From Promethearchaeati archaeon (GTDB taxonomy: Archaea > Asgardarchaeota > Heimdallarchaeia > JABLTI01), in contig JABLTI010000068.1 in NCBI GenBank assembly GCA_013166835.1, forward strand, positions 1 through 15,227: DNA of 15,227 nt, read 5' to 3'. The notes beneath the pieces are model-generated. The model saw nothing but the letters and a program-made list of their open reading frames with translations, had not been told where the DNA came from and searched no databases. Within the stretch, counting starts at the first letter, position 1; the number at the start of each line of letters is the position of its first letter. This document shows positions 1 through 7,303 of this stretch, piece by piece. The translations under genes and the position numbers were made by a program.

Positions 1-354
1 CTGATTTAATGTTTCCTCTAGTAGAATTTGCCCGAATTGGTGTCGATTAATAATAGCTAGTTGTCCTTGAACAGGTAAGGCATAATCCTTCTTCTTATCC
101 GGAGAAATTAAATGAGCAGTTTTAATGATATTTGCGAGAATATTATTTTCTTTAATTGGAAAACCAAGTTCTTGTAAGAAATCTAAGTGCTTTGTACCAA
201 TACCATCTCCACAGATCTTCTTTCCGATTAATTTCTGAGGTTTCCGATCAACCAAGGCAATCTTACTTAATCCTTCCTTAGCTGCTGTATAAGCAGCTAA
301 ACAACCTGCTGTTCCTGCACCGATGACAACTAAATCGAAATTCTTCGAGACCAA
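1..354 (-). CDS. Geranylgeranyl reductase family FAD-dependent oxidoreductase (digeranylgeranylglycerophospholipid reductase-like); 5' part only, runs off the left edge
   Basis: Manual translation (not in ORF track): MVSKNFDLVVIGAGTAGCLAAYTAAKEGLSKIALVDRKPQKLIGKKICGDGI...AIINRHQFGQILLEE. Has the Rossmann GxGxxG, the KxCGDG motif and the INRxxF motif typical of GGR. Start is TTG at 354 behind AGGTG; alternative GTG at 363 with an in-frame TAG just upstream. Confidence 0.88.
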   Translation of the reverse strand, partial: MVSKNFDLVVIGAGTAGCLAAYTAAKEGLSKIALVDRKPQKLIGKKICGDGIGTKHLDFLQELGFPIKENNILANIIKTAHLISPDKKKDYALPVQGQLAIINRHQFGQILLEETLNQ

Positions 355-402
355 ATCATCCACCTAGTAATTGTTGTGATAAAATGAATTTACCAGTTTC
401 CT

Positions 403-419
403 ACATTAAAGTCTTTGCC
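403..419 (-). promoter_or_regulatory. Putative BRE/TATA promoter of the GGR gene
   Basis: Minus strand reads GGCAAAGACTTTAATGT about 50 nt upstream of the start. The same CAAAGACTTT core lies upstream of aIF-1A (12303-12312). Confidence 0.5.
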
Positions 420-524
420 AGTTACTTTCATATTTTCTAATTAAAATAATACAGTATTCTTAAATTTGTGAATGAGAAGTATAAAACACATAGTGGAAAA
501 TTATTCAATTGAGTTGAAAGATCC

Positions 525-1019
525 GTGAAAACATTAGTTGTTTATTATTCCTTTGAAGGGGATACAAAGTTTATTGGTGATGCAATCGCCAAAGAAATGG
601 AAGCCGACGTCTTAGAATTAACAATAGCAAAAGAAGTGAAATCAAAGGACTATATGAAACATTACTTAGGCGAAAAGCAAGTTCTTATGAAAACTGAGCC
701 ATTATTGAAACCATATGATAAGAAACCCCAAGATTATGATCTAATCATAATAGGGACACCTGTTTGGTCCGGGACTTATGCCCCCGCTTTACGATCATTC
801 TTTCGAATCGAAGAGATAAAAGGTAAAAATATTGCTTTCTTCTATTGTTTCACAGTAAAAGCTGGAAGAGTCTCTCGTCGAATGAAAAAACGTTTGAGGA
901 GAAATGATTTCATAGGGGATATTGGATTCAAAGATCCACTGAAAGGAGATAAAGACATAGCTCTAAAACGTGTGGAACGCTGGGTGGCCGGTCTAAAAGA
1001 ATATTTGACAGATAAATAA
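525..1019 (+). CDS. Flavodoxin family protein
   Basis: N-terminal KTLVVYYSFEGDTKFIGDAIA (FMN phosphate-binding loop, SxxGNT-like) and YDLIIIGTPVWSG; 164 aa; GTG start. Confidence 0.88.
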   Translation: MKTLVVYYSFEGDTKFIGDAIAKEMEADVLELTIAKEVKSKDYMKHYLGEKQVLMKTEPLLKPYDKKPQDYDLIIIGTPVWSGTYAPALRSFFRIEEIKGKNIAFFYCFTVKAGRVSRRMKKRLRRNDFIGDIGFKDPLKGDKDIALKRVERWVAGLKEYLTDK

Positions 1020-1147
1020 AAGTTCAAATAGTTCTTTCATTCTGAAATAAAGTGCAAATGCTCTTCTCTTAGCAAATATTAGATGGATGTAACAACATTA
1101 ATTATTCGCTTTATGTAGAGTCATTCATTTATCTGTGGTGAAGTTTA

Positions 1148-2485
1148 GTGGATAAGAATCCTGAAAAAGAAGAACAAAAAATCTCTTCAACAAATCCTGA
1201 GGAAGAATCACCGACAAAAGAAAAATATCGGATAGATATCGCAGGTACATTATTTTCAATGGTTTCTTCACCGAAAATACCCTGTGTATATCGTTTCTGG
1301 GCAACTATGAAGGATCTTGTAAAAGCAAATGATTTACAGCAAGCATTAGATAATATAATGCCTCGATTTCCTTATTTTCAAGTAAAACTCTCTCGGGGCT
1401 TTTTCTGGTATAAATGGAAAACAACTACAGATAAACCAGAAGTGATTAAGGTACCTGAATATCCATGTCAACATATTCCAATTAGATCTACTACAGTTTT
1501 CCCTTATAGAATAATAGCTAGTTATAATAAAATCATAGTAGAATTTAATCATAGCCTAACTGATGGTTTTGGAGGACTAACATTCCTGAAGGCTCTTATT
1601 GCAGAATATCTAAGAATACAAGGACATGTGATACATGATTGGGGGGATGTTTTCAGAGCAGATCAAAAACCTTCGCCAGAAGAGTTTGAATATTCTTATC
1701 GAAAGAATTTCAAGATTGGTATACCTAAGGTTGGTAAAATTTATCCTGCCTTCCATTTGCCTTATGATCGGGTAAAACCGGGTGTATCTCATGTAATAAA
1801 TGGTAAAACGAATGTTAATGATGTTCTCAAGGTAGCAAAAGAATGGAAAGTAACCTTAACAGAATTTTTAACCGCTATTTATATTGATGTTCTTCAAGAA
1901 ATCTTACACAATCTCCCTCGTAGACAATTTAGACGTCTTAAAAGACCTATTAGGATTATGTTCCCAATAAACGCAAGAAACATAATCCCATCCAAAACAA
2001 TGAGAAACTTTACCACCTTTATTTCACCAGGTATTGATCCTCGTCAAGGAAAATTTACTTTTAAAGAAATTATTGAATTAGTTCATCATTACAAATATCT
2101 ACACTTAACCGAGAAATCTATGATACAACAAATATCGAATTTTGTTGCATTGGCAGCTAATCCTGGTTTAGCAGTAGTACCTTATTTTTTAAAATTATTA
2201 TTCATAAAACCTTTCTATAGACAATCTGCGGAATCATTATTTTCAGCATTTCTAACAAATATGGGGAAAGCATCTATGCCAGTTGAATTAAGTGAAGAGA
2301 TACTAGATATCCAATTACTTCCTATGACTCATCTTTACTTCAAGTCAAGTTGTGCTATACTAACTTATTTCGATGATTTGAACATAAACTTTGTAAGAAA
2401 TGTTAAAGAAAAGAAGGTTGAAGAATTATTCTTTAATCGACTCGAGGAATTCGGAATAGAAGTAACTGTTTCTGAAACATTGTAA
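1148..2485 (+). CDS. CoA-dependent acyltransferase (condensation-domain / alcohol acetyltransferase-like superfamily)
   Basis: Catalytic HxxxDG motif (EFNHSLTDGFGG), LQQALDNIMPRFPYF, PINAR...TMRNF and TNMG segments; 445 aa; SD GGTGA before GTG. Confidence 0.8.
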   Translation: MDKNPEKEEQKISSTNPEEESPTKEKYRIDIAGTLFSMVSSPKIPCVYRFWATMKDLVKANDLQQALDNIMPRFPYFQVKLSRGFFWYKWKTTTDKPEVIKVPEYPCQHIPIRSTTVFPYRIIASYNKIIVEFNHSLTDGFGGLTFLKALIAEYLRIQGHVIHDWGDVFRADQKPSPEEFEYSYRKNFKIGIPKVGKIYPAFHLPYDRVKPGVSHVINGKTNVNDVLKVAKEWKVTLTEFLTAIYIDVLQEILHNLPRRQFRRLKRPIRIMFPINARNIIPSKTMRNFTTFISPGIDPRQGKFTFKEIIELVHHYKYLHLTEKSMIQQISNFVALAANPGLAVVPYFLKLLFIKPFYRQSAESLFSAFLTNMGKASMPVELSEEILDIQLLPMTHLYFKSSCAILTYFDDLNINFVRNVKEKKVEELFFNRLEEFGIEVTVSETL

Positions 2486-2491
2486 TAATTC

Positions 2492-2679
2492 TTAATCATA
2501 TGATAGTTCATCAGTTTCAATTTGGAATTCTCTTGGATCCTGTAGTGCATCTGGGTCTCGTTCAATTTCTTTTTCCTCGTCTTCGGATTCTTCTTCCTCT
2601 TTTGAGGGATAGCACTCTACGCTCTTTTTCCTCAAAAATACCGTGTAAAGTGATTTTTTAAACTATATTCTCTAAACAT
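2492..2679 (-). CDS. Small acidic hypothetical protein (47 aa from TTG 2635, or 62 aa from ATG 2679 via a -1 shift or indel at the A6 run)
   Basis: Frame 2635..2492 reads LRKKSVECYPSKEEEESEDEEKEIERDPDALQDPREFQIETDELSYD* (19 of 47 residues D/E) and stops 6 nt from the convergent acyltransferase stop. An ATG at 2679 with GAGGT SD is out of frame by one base. Confidence 0.5.
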
Positions 2680-2725
2680 AAAACCTCAGAAAATGACTAT
2701 TCTCTCATCTTCACATTTTTTATGG

Positions 2726-2740
2726 CAAAAAATTATAATT
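2726..2740. promoter_or_regulatory. Putative BRE + palindromic TATA (AATTATAATT), possibly bidirectional, between the acidic ORF and top6B
   Basis: CAAAA followed by the perfect palindrome AATTATAATT at 2731-2740, about 50 nt from both TTG 2789 (+) and ATG 2679 (-). Confidence 0.5.
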
Positions 2741-2788
2741 AGATGAATGAAATAATTGACTAGAGCGCAATAAATAGAGTGGTAACCA

Positions 2789-4297
2789 TTGAGTAAGGTC
2801 GAATTTAAACAACTTTCTCCAGCTGATTTCTTTTATCGTAATAGAGAGCTAGCTGGTTTTGATTCTCCAGTTAAAAGTCTATATACTGCCTTCAGAGAGA
2901 TCATTGAGAACTCTTTTGATGGGGCGGAAATCGGTGGAATCAATCCGGATATTTTCGTATCGATCAAAGAAAAATCAGAAGATGTGTATACGATTTTCAT
3001 ATCCGATAATGGTATTGGAATACCTGGAAATAAGGTACCAAAAGCCTTGGCAAAACTTCTTTTTGGTGGGAAATATGTTGAACGCCAATCTCGAGGGCAT
3101 TTTGGTCTAGGGGCATCTATGACTGTTTTATACTCACAAATCACAACAAATCTTCCAACACGTATCCTTAGTTGTACAAGAGGAAGTGATGTAATAGATG
3201 AATACCATTTAATGATTGATATCCAAAAAAATGAACCAATTATAAGATATCATAATCAAATACCAAATAAGAAGAAATGGCATGGAGTAGCTGTTGAAGT
3301 AAACATTGAAGGAGACTATAGAAGAGCTCATCCTAAAATATTGGATTATATTGAATCAACAGCATTGGTTGCCCCATATGCAAGTATTACGTTTATCGAT
3401 GCTTACGGTATTCTCTACAAATTCAACAAAGTTGTAGATGAAGTACCAAAACTTGGCAAAGCTGTTTTACCTCATCCAAGAGGAATTGATACTGAAAAAA
3501 TGCTGCGATTAATTAGAGTGGCAAGACAGAAATCTATGAAGAATTTCCTCACTAGCAATTTCCAACGTGTTGGTGATATAACAGCAACAAATTTCCTGAA
3601 ATATGTAAACATAAAACCTGACAAAGCCCCTGATCAGCTTGATCATGATGAAATCGTAAGATGTGTGCAAGGAATGAATTCTTTCGAAGACTTTCTTTCA
3701 CCTGAAACGAGGTGCCTATCACCTATAGGGGAAAATGTTCTAGAAGCTGGAATACGAAAAGAACTAGATCCGAAATTTATAACTACTGTGACCAGAAAAC
3801 CTCAAGCATATTCGGGGCATCCATTTGTTGTTGAAGTAGCCATGGCTTATGGGGGCAATAAAATTGAAACATCATCAGAACCTACACTGTTTCGTTTTGC
3901 AAATCGAATTCCATTGCTTTACGACCAATATGCTGATGTTGCTGCGAAAGTTATTCGCTCCTTTAATTGGCGGATGTATAAAGTTCCTCAAAGTGCAAAA
4001 CTAGCAATAATCACTCATATCGCTTCTACTAAAGTTCCTTATCGAACTGCTGGAAAAGAATCAATTTCAGATCGACCTGAATTGGAACGTGAAGTGAGAT
4101 TAGCCATGCAAGTTTGTGCCAGAAAGATGCGAGTCTACCTTTCTCGAATTGAGCGTGAAGAGCGATCTGCAAAAAGAGCAAGCATCTTTGAAAAGTACTT
4201 GCCATACATTGCACAATTTGCTACGAAGCTTAGTGGCAAAAAACAAGTTCCTCCTACAGATTTTGTAAAAGGAGGTAAGAAAGGAGATGACCAATAG
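2789..4297 (+). CDS. top6B: DNA topoisomerase VI subunit B
   Basis: SPADFFYRNRELAGF, GHKL motifs EIIENSFDG / DNGIGI / SRGHFGLG, PHPRG, H2TH region, GHPFVVE, RFANRIPLL, WxxY (WRMY), STKVPY...GKE; adjacent to top6A. Confidence 0.98.
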   Translation: MSKVEFKQLSPADFFYRNRELAGFDSPVKSLYTAFREIIENSFDGAEIGGINPDIFVSIKEKSEDVYTIFISDNGIGIPGNKVPKALAKLLFGGKYVERQSRGHFGLGASMTVLYSQITTNLPTRILSCTRGSDVIDEYHLMIDIQKNEPIIRYHNQIPNKKKWHGVAVEVNIEGDYRRAHPKILDYIESTALVAPYASITFIDAYGILYKFNKVVDEVPKLGKAVLPHPRGIDTEKMLRLIRVARQKSMKNFLTSNFQRVGDITATNFLKYVNIKPDKAPDQLDHDEIVRCVQGMNSFEDFLSPETRCLSPIGENVLEAGIRKELDPKFITTVTRKPQAYSGHPFVVEVAMAYGGNKIETSSEPTLFRFANRIPLLYDQYADVAAKVIRSFNWRMYKVPQSAKLAIITHIASTKVPYRTAGKESISDRPELEREVRLAMQVCARKMRVYLSRIEREERSAKRASIFEKYLPYIAQFATKLSGKKQVPPTDFVKGGKKGDDQ

Positions 4298-4315
4298 TCT
4301 CATAAGGTGAAAAAT

Positions 4316-5443
4316 ATGTCCAAAGAAACTAAAGAAAAAACTCATGCAGACAAAGTCAAAGATAAGTCATTTAAGAAACTCGTAGCACTTGGAAAAGATG
4401 TTTACAGTCAATTAGAAGAAGAAAAGTACCCGGATTTCGAAATGCCTTTACGTGCTAGTTCTAACATTTTCTACGATTTAAAAACAAGACAATATTCTGT
4501 TGGTAAGAAGAGAGTAAGAAGATCTGCCGGAAATGTTCGACATCTCAAACCATTCTTGCAAACAATGTTTGTAGCTTCTTTTGCTGCTCGGGATCTTTTG
4601 CAACCTGGTAGAACAAGCACCTTGAGAGACCTCTATTATTCCTCTGAATCAGCTATGGCAAAAATGTTCAATGACCAATCAGAATCTGATAATGTAATTA
4701 CTGATGTTGAAGCAATAATTGGAATGGCTCGAGAGGATTTCAACATTTTCCCAGATGCTAGGAGCACTATCTTCGGAGACCTCGTTGTCTCATTCCAGGA
4801 CAAGAAAACAAAACAGAAAAGAGAACTTAATCTAACATTTAATCCCGATGGGCAAACCATAGGCCCAACATTGGTCAAAAGTGATTTCGTAAAAACAGGT
4901 GCTGATAAAGTTATTTGCGTAGAATCAGGTGGTATGTTTCAAAGATTGATTGAAGAAGATGCTGATGAGCAATTCAACGCTATCTTAGTTCACCTCGCTG
5001 GTCAAGCACCAAGAGGAACTAGACGATTAATAAGAAGGATGAATCAAGAGCTAAAACTCCCTGTCTATGCATTTGTCGATGCTGATCCCTGGGGAATGCA
5101 CATCTATAATGTCATAGCTTCAGGTAGTGCTTCTGCTGCTCATTTAACTGGATTAACAACTCCTGATGCTATTTGGATGGGTTTAACTCCAACTGATATC
5201 ACTACCTATGATTTACCTACAGACAATTTTACTAAGGGAGACTTGAATCGAACTGTACAACTTATCAGAGATCCTCGCTATCAAAAACCATACCTCCAAA
5301 AGGAATTGAAGGTCTTTATGCAATTAAAGAAGAAAGCAGAGCAACAATCACTGACATCAAAAAGTCTTACTTTTGTTGTAGATGAGTATTTACCAGCAAA
5401 ATTCAATGAAATTGCAAAAATGCAAAGGGATGGAAAAATTTAG
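4316..5443 (+). CDS. top6A: DNA topoisomerase VI subunit A (Spo11 family)
   Basis: STLRDLYY (catalytic Tyr), FNDQSESD, TOPRIM Glu (VESGGMF) and DADPWG, KAEQQSL. Start moved to ATG 4316 because the ORF-track GTG at 4307 lies inside the SD AGGTGA. Confidence 0.98.
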   Translation: MSKETKEKTHADKVKDKSFKKLVALGKDVYSQLEEEKYPDFEMPLRASSNIFYDLKTRQYSVGKKRVRRSAGNVRHLKPFLQTMFVASFAARDLLQPGRTSTLRDLYYSSESAMAKMFNDQSESDNVITDVEAIIGMAREDFNIFPDARSTIFGDLVVSFQDKKTKQKRELNLTFNPDGQTIGPTLVKSDFVKTGADKVICVESGGMFQRLIEEDADEQFNAILVHLAGQAPRGTRRLIRRMNQELKLPVYAFVDADPWGMHIYNVIASGSASAAHLTGLTTPDAIWMGLTPTDITTYDLPTDNFTKGDLNRTVQLIRDPRYQKPYLQKELKVFMQLKKKAEQQSLTSKSLTFVVDEYLPAKFNEIAKMQRDGKI

Positions 5444-5487
5444 TCATTTAGATTTCTTCATTTGCATCGCTTCATAGAATTTCGGAA

Positions 5488-5526
5488 TAAAGTACAGATC
5501 TATAGAAGATAATAGACCTGTATTTA
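5488..5526. terminator. Imperfect inverted repeat between convergent top6A and bPH genes; possible bidirectional terminator
   Basis: AAGTACAGATCTAT (5490-5503), 8-nt loop, ATAGACCTGTATTT (5512-5525); 12 of 14 positions complementary. Confidence 0.5.
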
Positions 5527-5529
5527 CTT

Positions 5530-6147
5530 TTATTCTTGTTTTAGCAATTCCTTAATTTCTTGCAAAGTTGCTAGAATTTGCTGATTTACTCTTAATTGTT
5601 CTTGATATCCTAAATCTTGCTCTTCAACTTCTACACTAGCACGTGGTGTCATTGCTTGTAATGGTCTAATTTTTGCTATTAACTTATCATAGACTTCCTG
5701 GTAATTAACTAGTCCTTCTATGTTTTCTTCAGGTAAGGGTGTTCCACTATAACCAGCTGTGTGTAATCGTATGGTTCCAATTCCAAACATTCTATCAAAT
5801 AGACTTCTAAAAATAGCTAAATTTGTAACTGCACGGAAAGGTACATTTTTTTCGATTTTTTGAAAAACTCCACGACGGACTATCATTTCATTTACTTTTA
5901 ATTGGTAAATCATTGATTTATAGTAATATGAAAGATATATTATCCAGAGTATGTACCAAACTACAACTCCTCCTCCTGCAGCAAATAACACAATTAGAGC
6001 TGTTGTTTTATTTCCACCTCCAAAATATAATCCTAGGAAAATTGCTAGAACAATTATTAGACTGAAAAAGAGCCACATAAAAGAAACAAATTGTCTTTTT
6101 TGTAGATATTTTCTATCCGGACCAAATTCCATTAATTCTTTAGACAT
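5530..6147 (-). CDS. Membrane protein with bacterial PH domain (bPH_2 / YdbS-like)
   Basis: Two hydrophobic helices, then YQL...IVRRGVF...VPFRAVTNLAIFRSLFDRMFGIGTIRLHTAG...IEGL. Likely start ATG 6147 after GGAG; the ORF track uses TTG 6162. Confidence 0.88.
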   Translation of the reverse strand: MSKELMEFGPDRKYLQKRQFVSFMWLFFSLIIVLAIFLGLYFGGGNKTTALIVLFAAGGGVVVWYILWIIYLSYYYKSMIYQLKVNEMIVRRGVFQKIEKNVPFRAVTNLAIFRSLFDRMFGIGTIRLHTAGYSGTPLPEENIEGLVNYQEVYDKLIAKIRPLQAMTPRASVEVEEQDLGYQEQLRVNQQILATLQEIKELLKQE

Positions 6148-6165
6148 TTTATCATACTCCAATTT

Positions 6166-6777
6166 TTAGTGTTTGCGTTTTCCTATTAATTCTTTAATTT
6201 CTATGAATTCTTGTAGAATTGCCTTTCTAATTTCAATAATATCAGTTGATAAAACTTCAACAGGTAATTTTTCCTCAGCTTTAAGTGGAGTAATCCTACT
6301 GACAAGTTTTACACTGATCATTACTTTATCATAAATTTCATTGTAATTTGTTATCCCTTCTATCTTTAATTCAGGTGTTTTTTCCCCACTGTATCCTGCA
6401 GTTTGAATTTTTACCGAACCTATATAGAAGATTCTATCAATTGGATCTCTGGAAACTGTGATATTTGTTATAGATTGAAATGGGACAACTTTCACTTTTT
6501 TATGGAGAACTCCACGTTGAATGACTATTTCATGTTCTTCAATTTTATATTGAATTGATTTAAAGTAAAGAACATTAAAGATAATCCAACCTACTAGAAT
6601 AGTTGGAAATATAGCAGCCATTAAATACCAGAGAATTGGATCAAGTTCTATGTCTTTATCAAAATACCCTATTAAAATTGTTACTCCAAAAATAACAATT
6701 ACTGTGAAGAAAGCTACAATATTCCTTTTGTGTAAAAATCTTCCATGAGGTTTGAATGTTATTTCTTCCTTAATCAT
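6166..6777 (-). CDS. Membrane protein with bacterial PH domain (bPH_2 / YdbS-like), paralog of the downstream gene
   Basis: Two TM helices, then YKI...IQRGVL...VPFQSITNITVSRDPIDRIFYIGSVKIQTAGYSG...IEGI. Confidence 0.88.
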   Translation of the reverse strand: MIKEEITFKPHGRFLHKRNIVAFFTVIVIFGVTILIGYFDKDIELDPILWYLMAAIFPTILVGWIIFNVLYFKSIQYKIEEHEIVIQRGVLHKKVKVVPFQSITNITVSRDPIDRIFYIGSVKIQTAGYSGEKTPELKIEGITNYNEIYDKVMISVKLVSRITPLKAEEKLPVEVLSTDIIEIRKAILQEFIEIKELIGKRKH

Positions 6778-6875
6778 TATGTATCCAAACTTGAATTTAT
6801 TGAAGTTTTCATCATTTAATTATGTTAGTTTTAAAGATAAGTATTTTTATTTTAAACATAACATTCCCAAAGATA

Positions 6876-6890
6876 ATTAGCATTGCTAAT
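6876..6890. promoter_or_regulatory. Palindromic putative transcription-factor site upstream of the bPH pair
   Basis: ATTAGCA-T-TGCTAAT, a perfect 7-1-7 inverted repeat about 100 nt upstream of ATG 6777. Confidence 0.4.
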
Positions 6891-6986
6891 ATAGTAAAAC
6901 TTCTTAATAATGATTTTTGAGAAATTTGTTTTGGATTATCTTATCGATAAATATCTTTTCCAATTTATCAAAGATATCTTAGAAAT

Positions 6987-7017
6987 TGAAGAAAAGTGGA
7001 GAAATATCATTCCACTT
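6987..7017 (-). terminator. Hairpin plus T-rich tract downstream of the zinc-finger gene
   Basis: Minus strand AAGTGGA-N10-TCCACTT followed by TTCTTC, beginning about 15 nt after the stop at 7032. Confidence 0.45.
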
Positions 7018-7031
7018 CTGAATATATTTTT

Positions 7032-7184
7032 TTATCGTCCTGCACCAATGCCAATAATGGTTCCACAGTTTGTACAAAAAACCATAGCCACTAAATCTCT
7101 TGGCATTTTTTGAGTCATATGTTGAATTTGTTTGTATCTAAAATAATCTGATTTTCCACAATTTGGACAGGTAGGTTCTTCCAT
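7032..7184 (-). CDS. Small CPxCG-type zinc-finger / zinc-ribbon protein (50 aa)
   Basis: Manual translation: MEEPTCPNCGKSDYFRYKQIQHMTQKMPRDLVAMVFCTNCGTIIGIGAGR*. Two CxxCG knuckles, SD GGTGA before ATG 7184 (alternative ATG 7196); below the ORF-track length cut-off. Confidence 0.85.
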   Translation of the reverse strand: MEEPTCPNCGKSDYFRYKQIQHMTQKMPRDLVAMVFCTNCGTIIGIGAGR

Positions 7185-7223
7185 TTTTTTCACCATTTAA
7201 TTTTAAATATATATCAGAAATCT

Positions 7224-7251
7224 AGGGGATAAACCCCTTTAATACTTTTGC
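7224..7251 (-). promoter_or_regulatory. Putative BRE/TATA of the zinc-finger gene with adjacent GC-rich inverted repeat
   Basis: Minus strand GCAAAAGTATTAAA running into AGGGG-TTTAT-CCCCT (7238-7224). Confidence 0.4.
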
Positions 7252-7303
7252 AAGTTTAGATGAATCACAGTTTCCTCCGGAAACTTTACATTCTATTCTT
7301 CTA

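Noticed and set aside
2365-2565. 66-aa minus-strand ORF
   Set aside because: Overlaps the acyltransferase 3' end by about 120 nt; the acidic frame ending at 2492 fits the gap without overlap.
4287-4310. 7-aa mini-ORF (MTNSLIR) behind strong GGAGGT/AGGAG at the top6B-top6A junction
   Set aside because: The purine runs are explained by the GGKKGD codons of top6B, and top6A has its own SD and ATG; no evidence of function.
4316-5443. Possible meiotic Spo11-like specialisation
   Set aside because: It sits in a standard operon with an intact-ATPase top6B and looks like ordinary archaeal Top6A.
6910-7113. 67-aa plus-strand ORF
   Set aside because: Overlaps the better-supported minus-strand zinc-finger gene and its terminator; no SD or recognisable motif.
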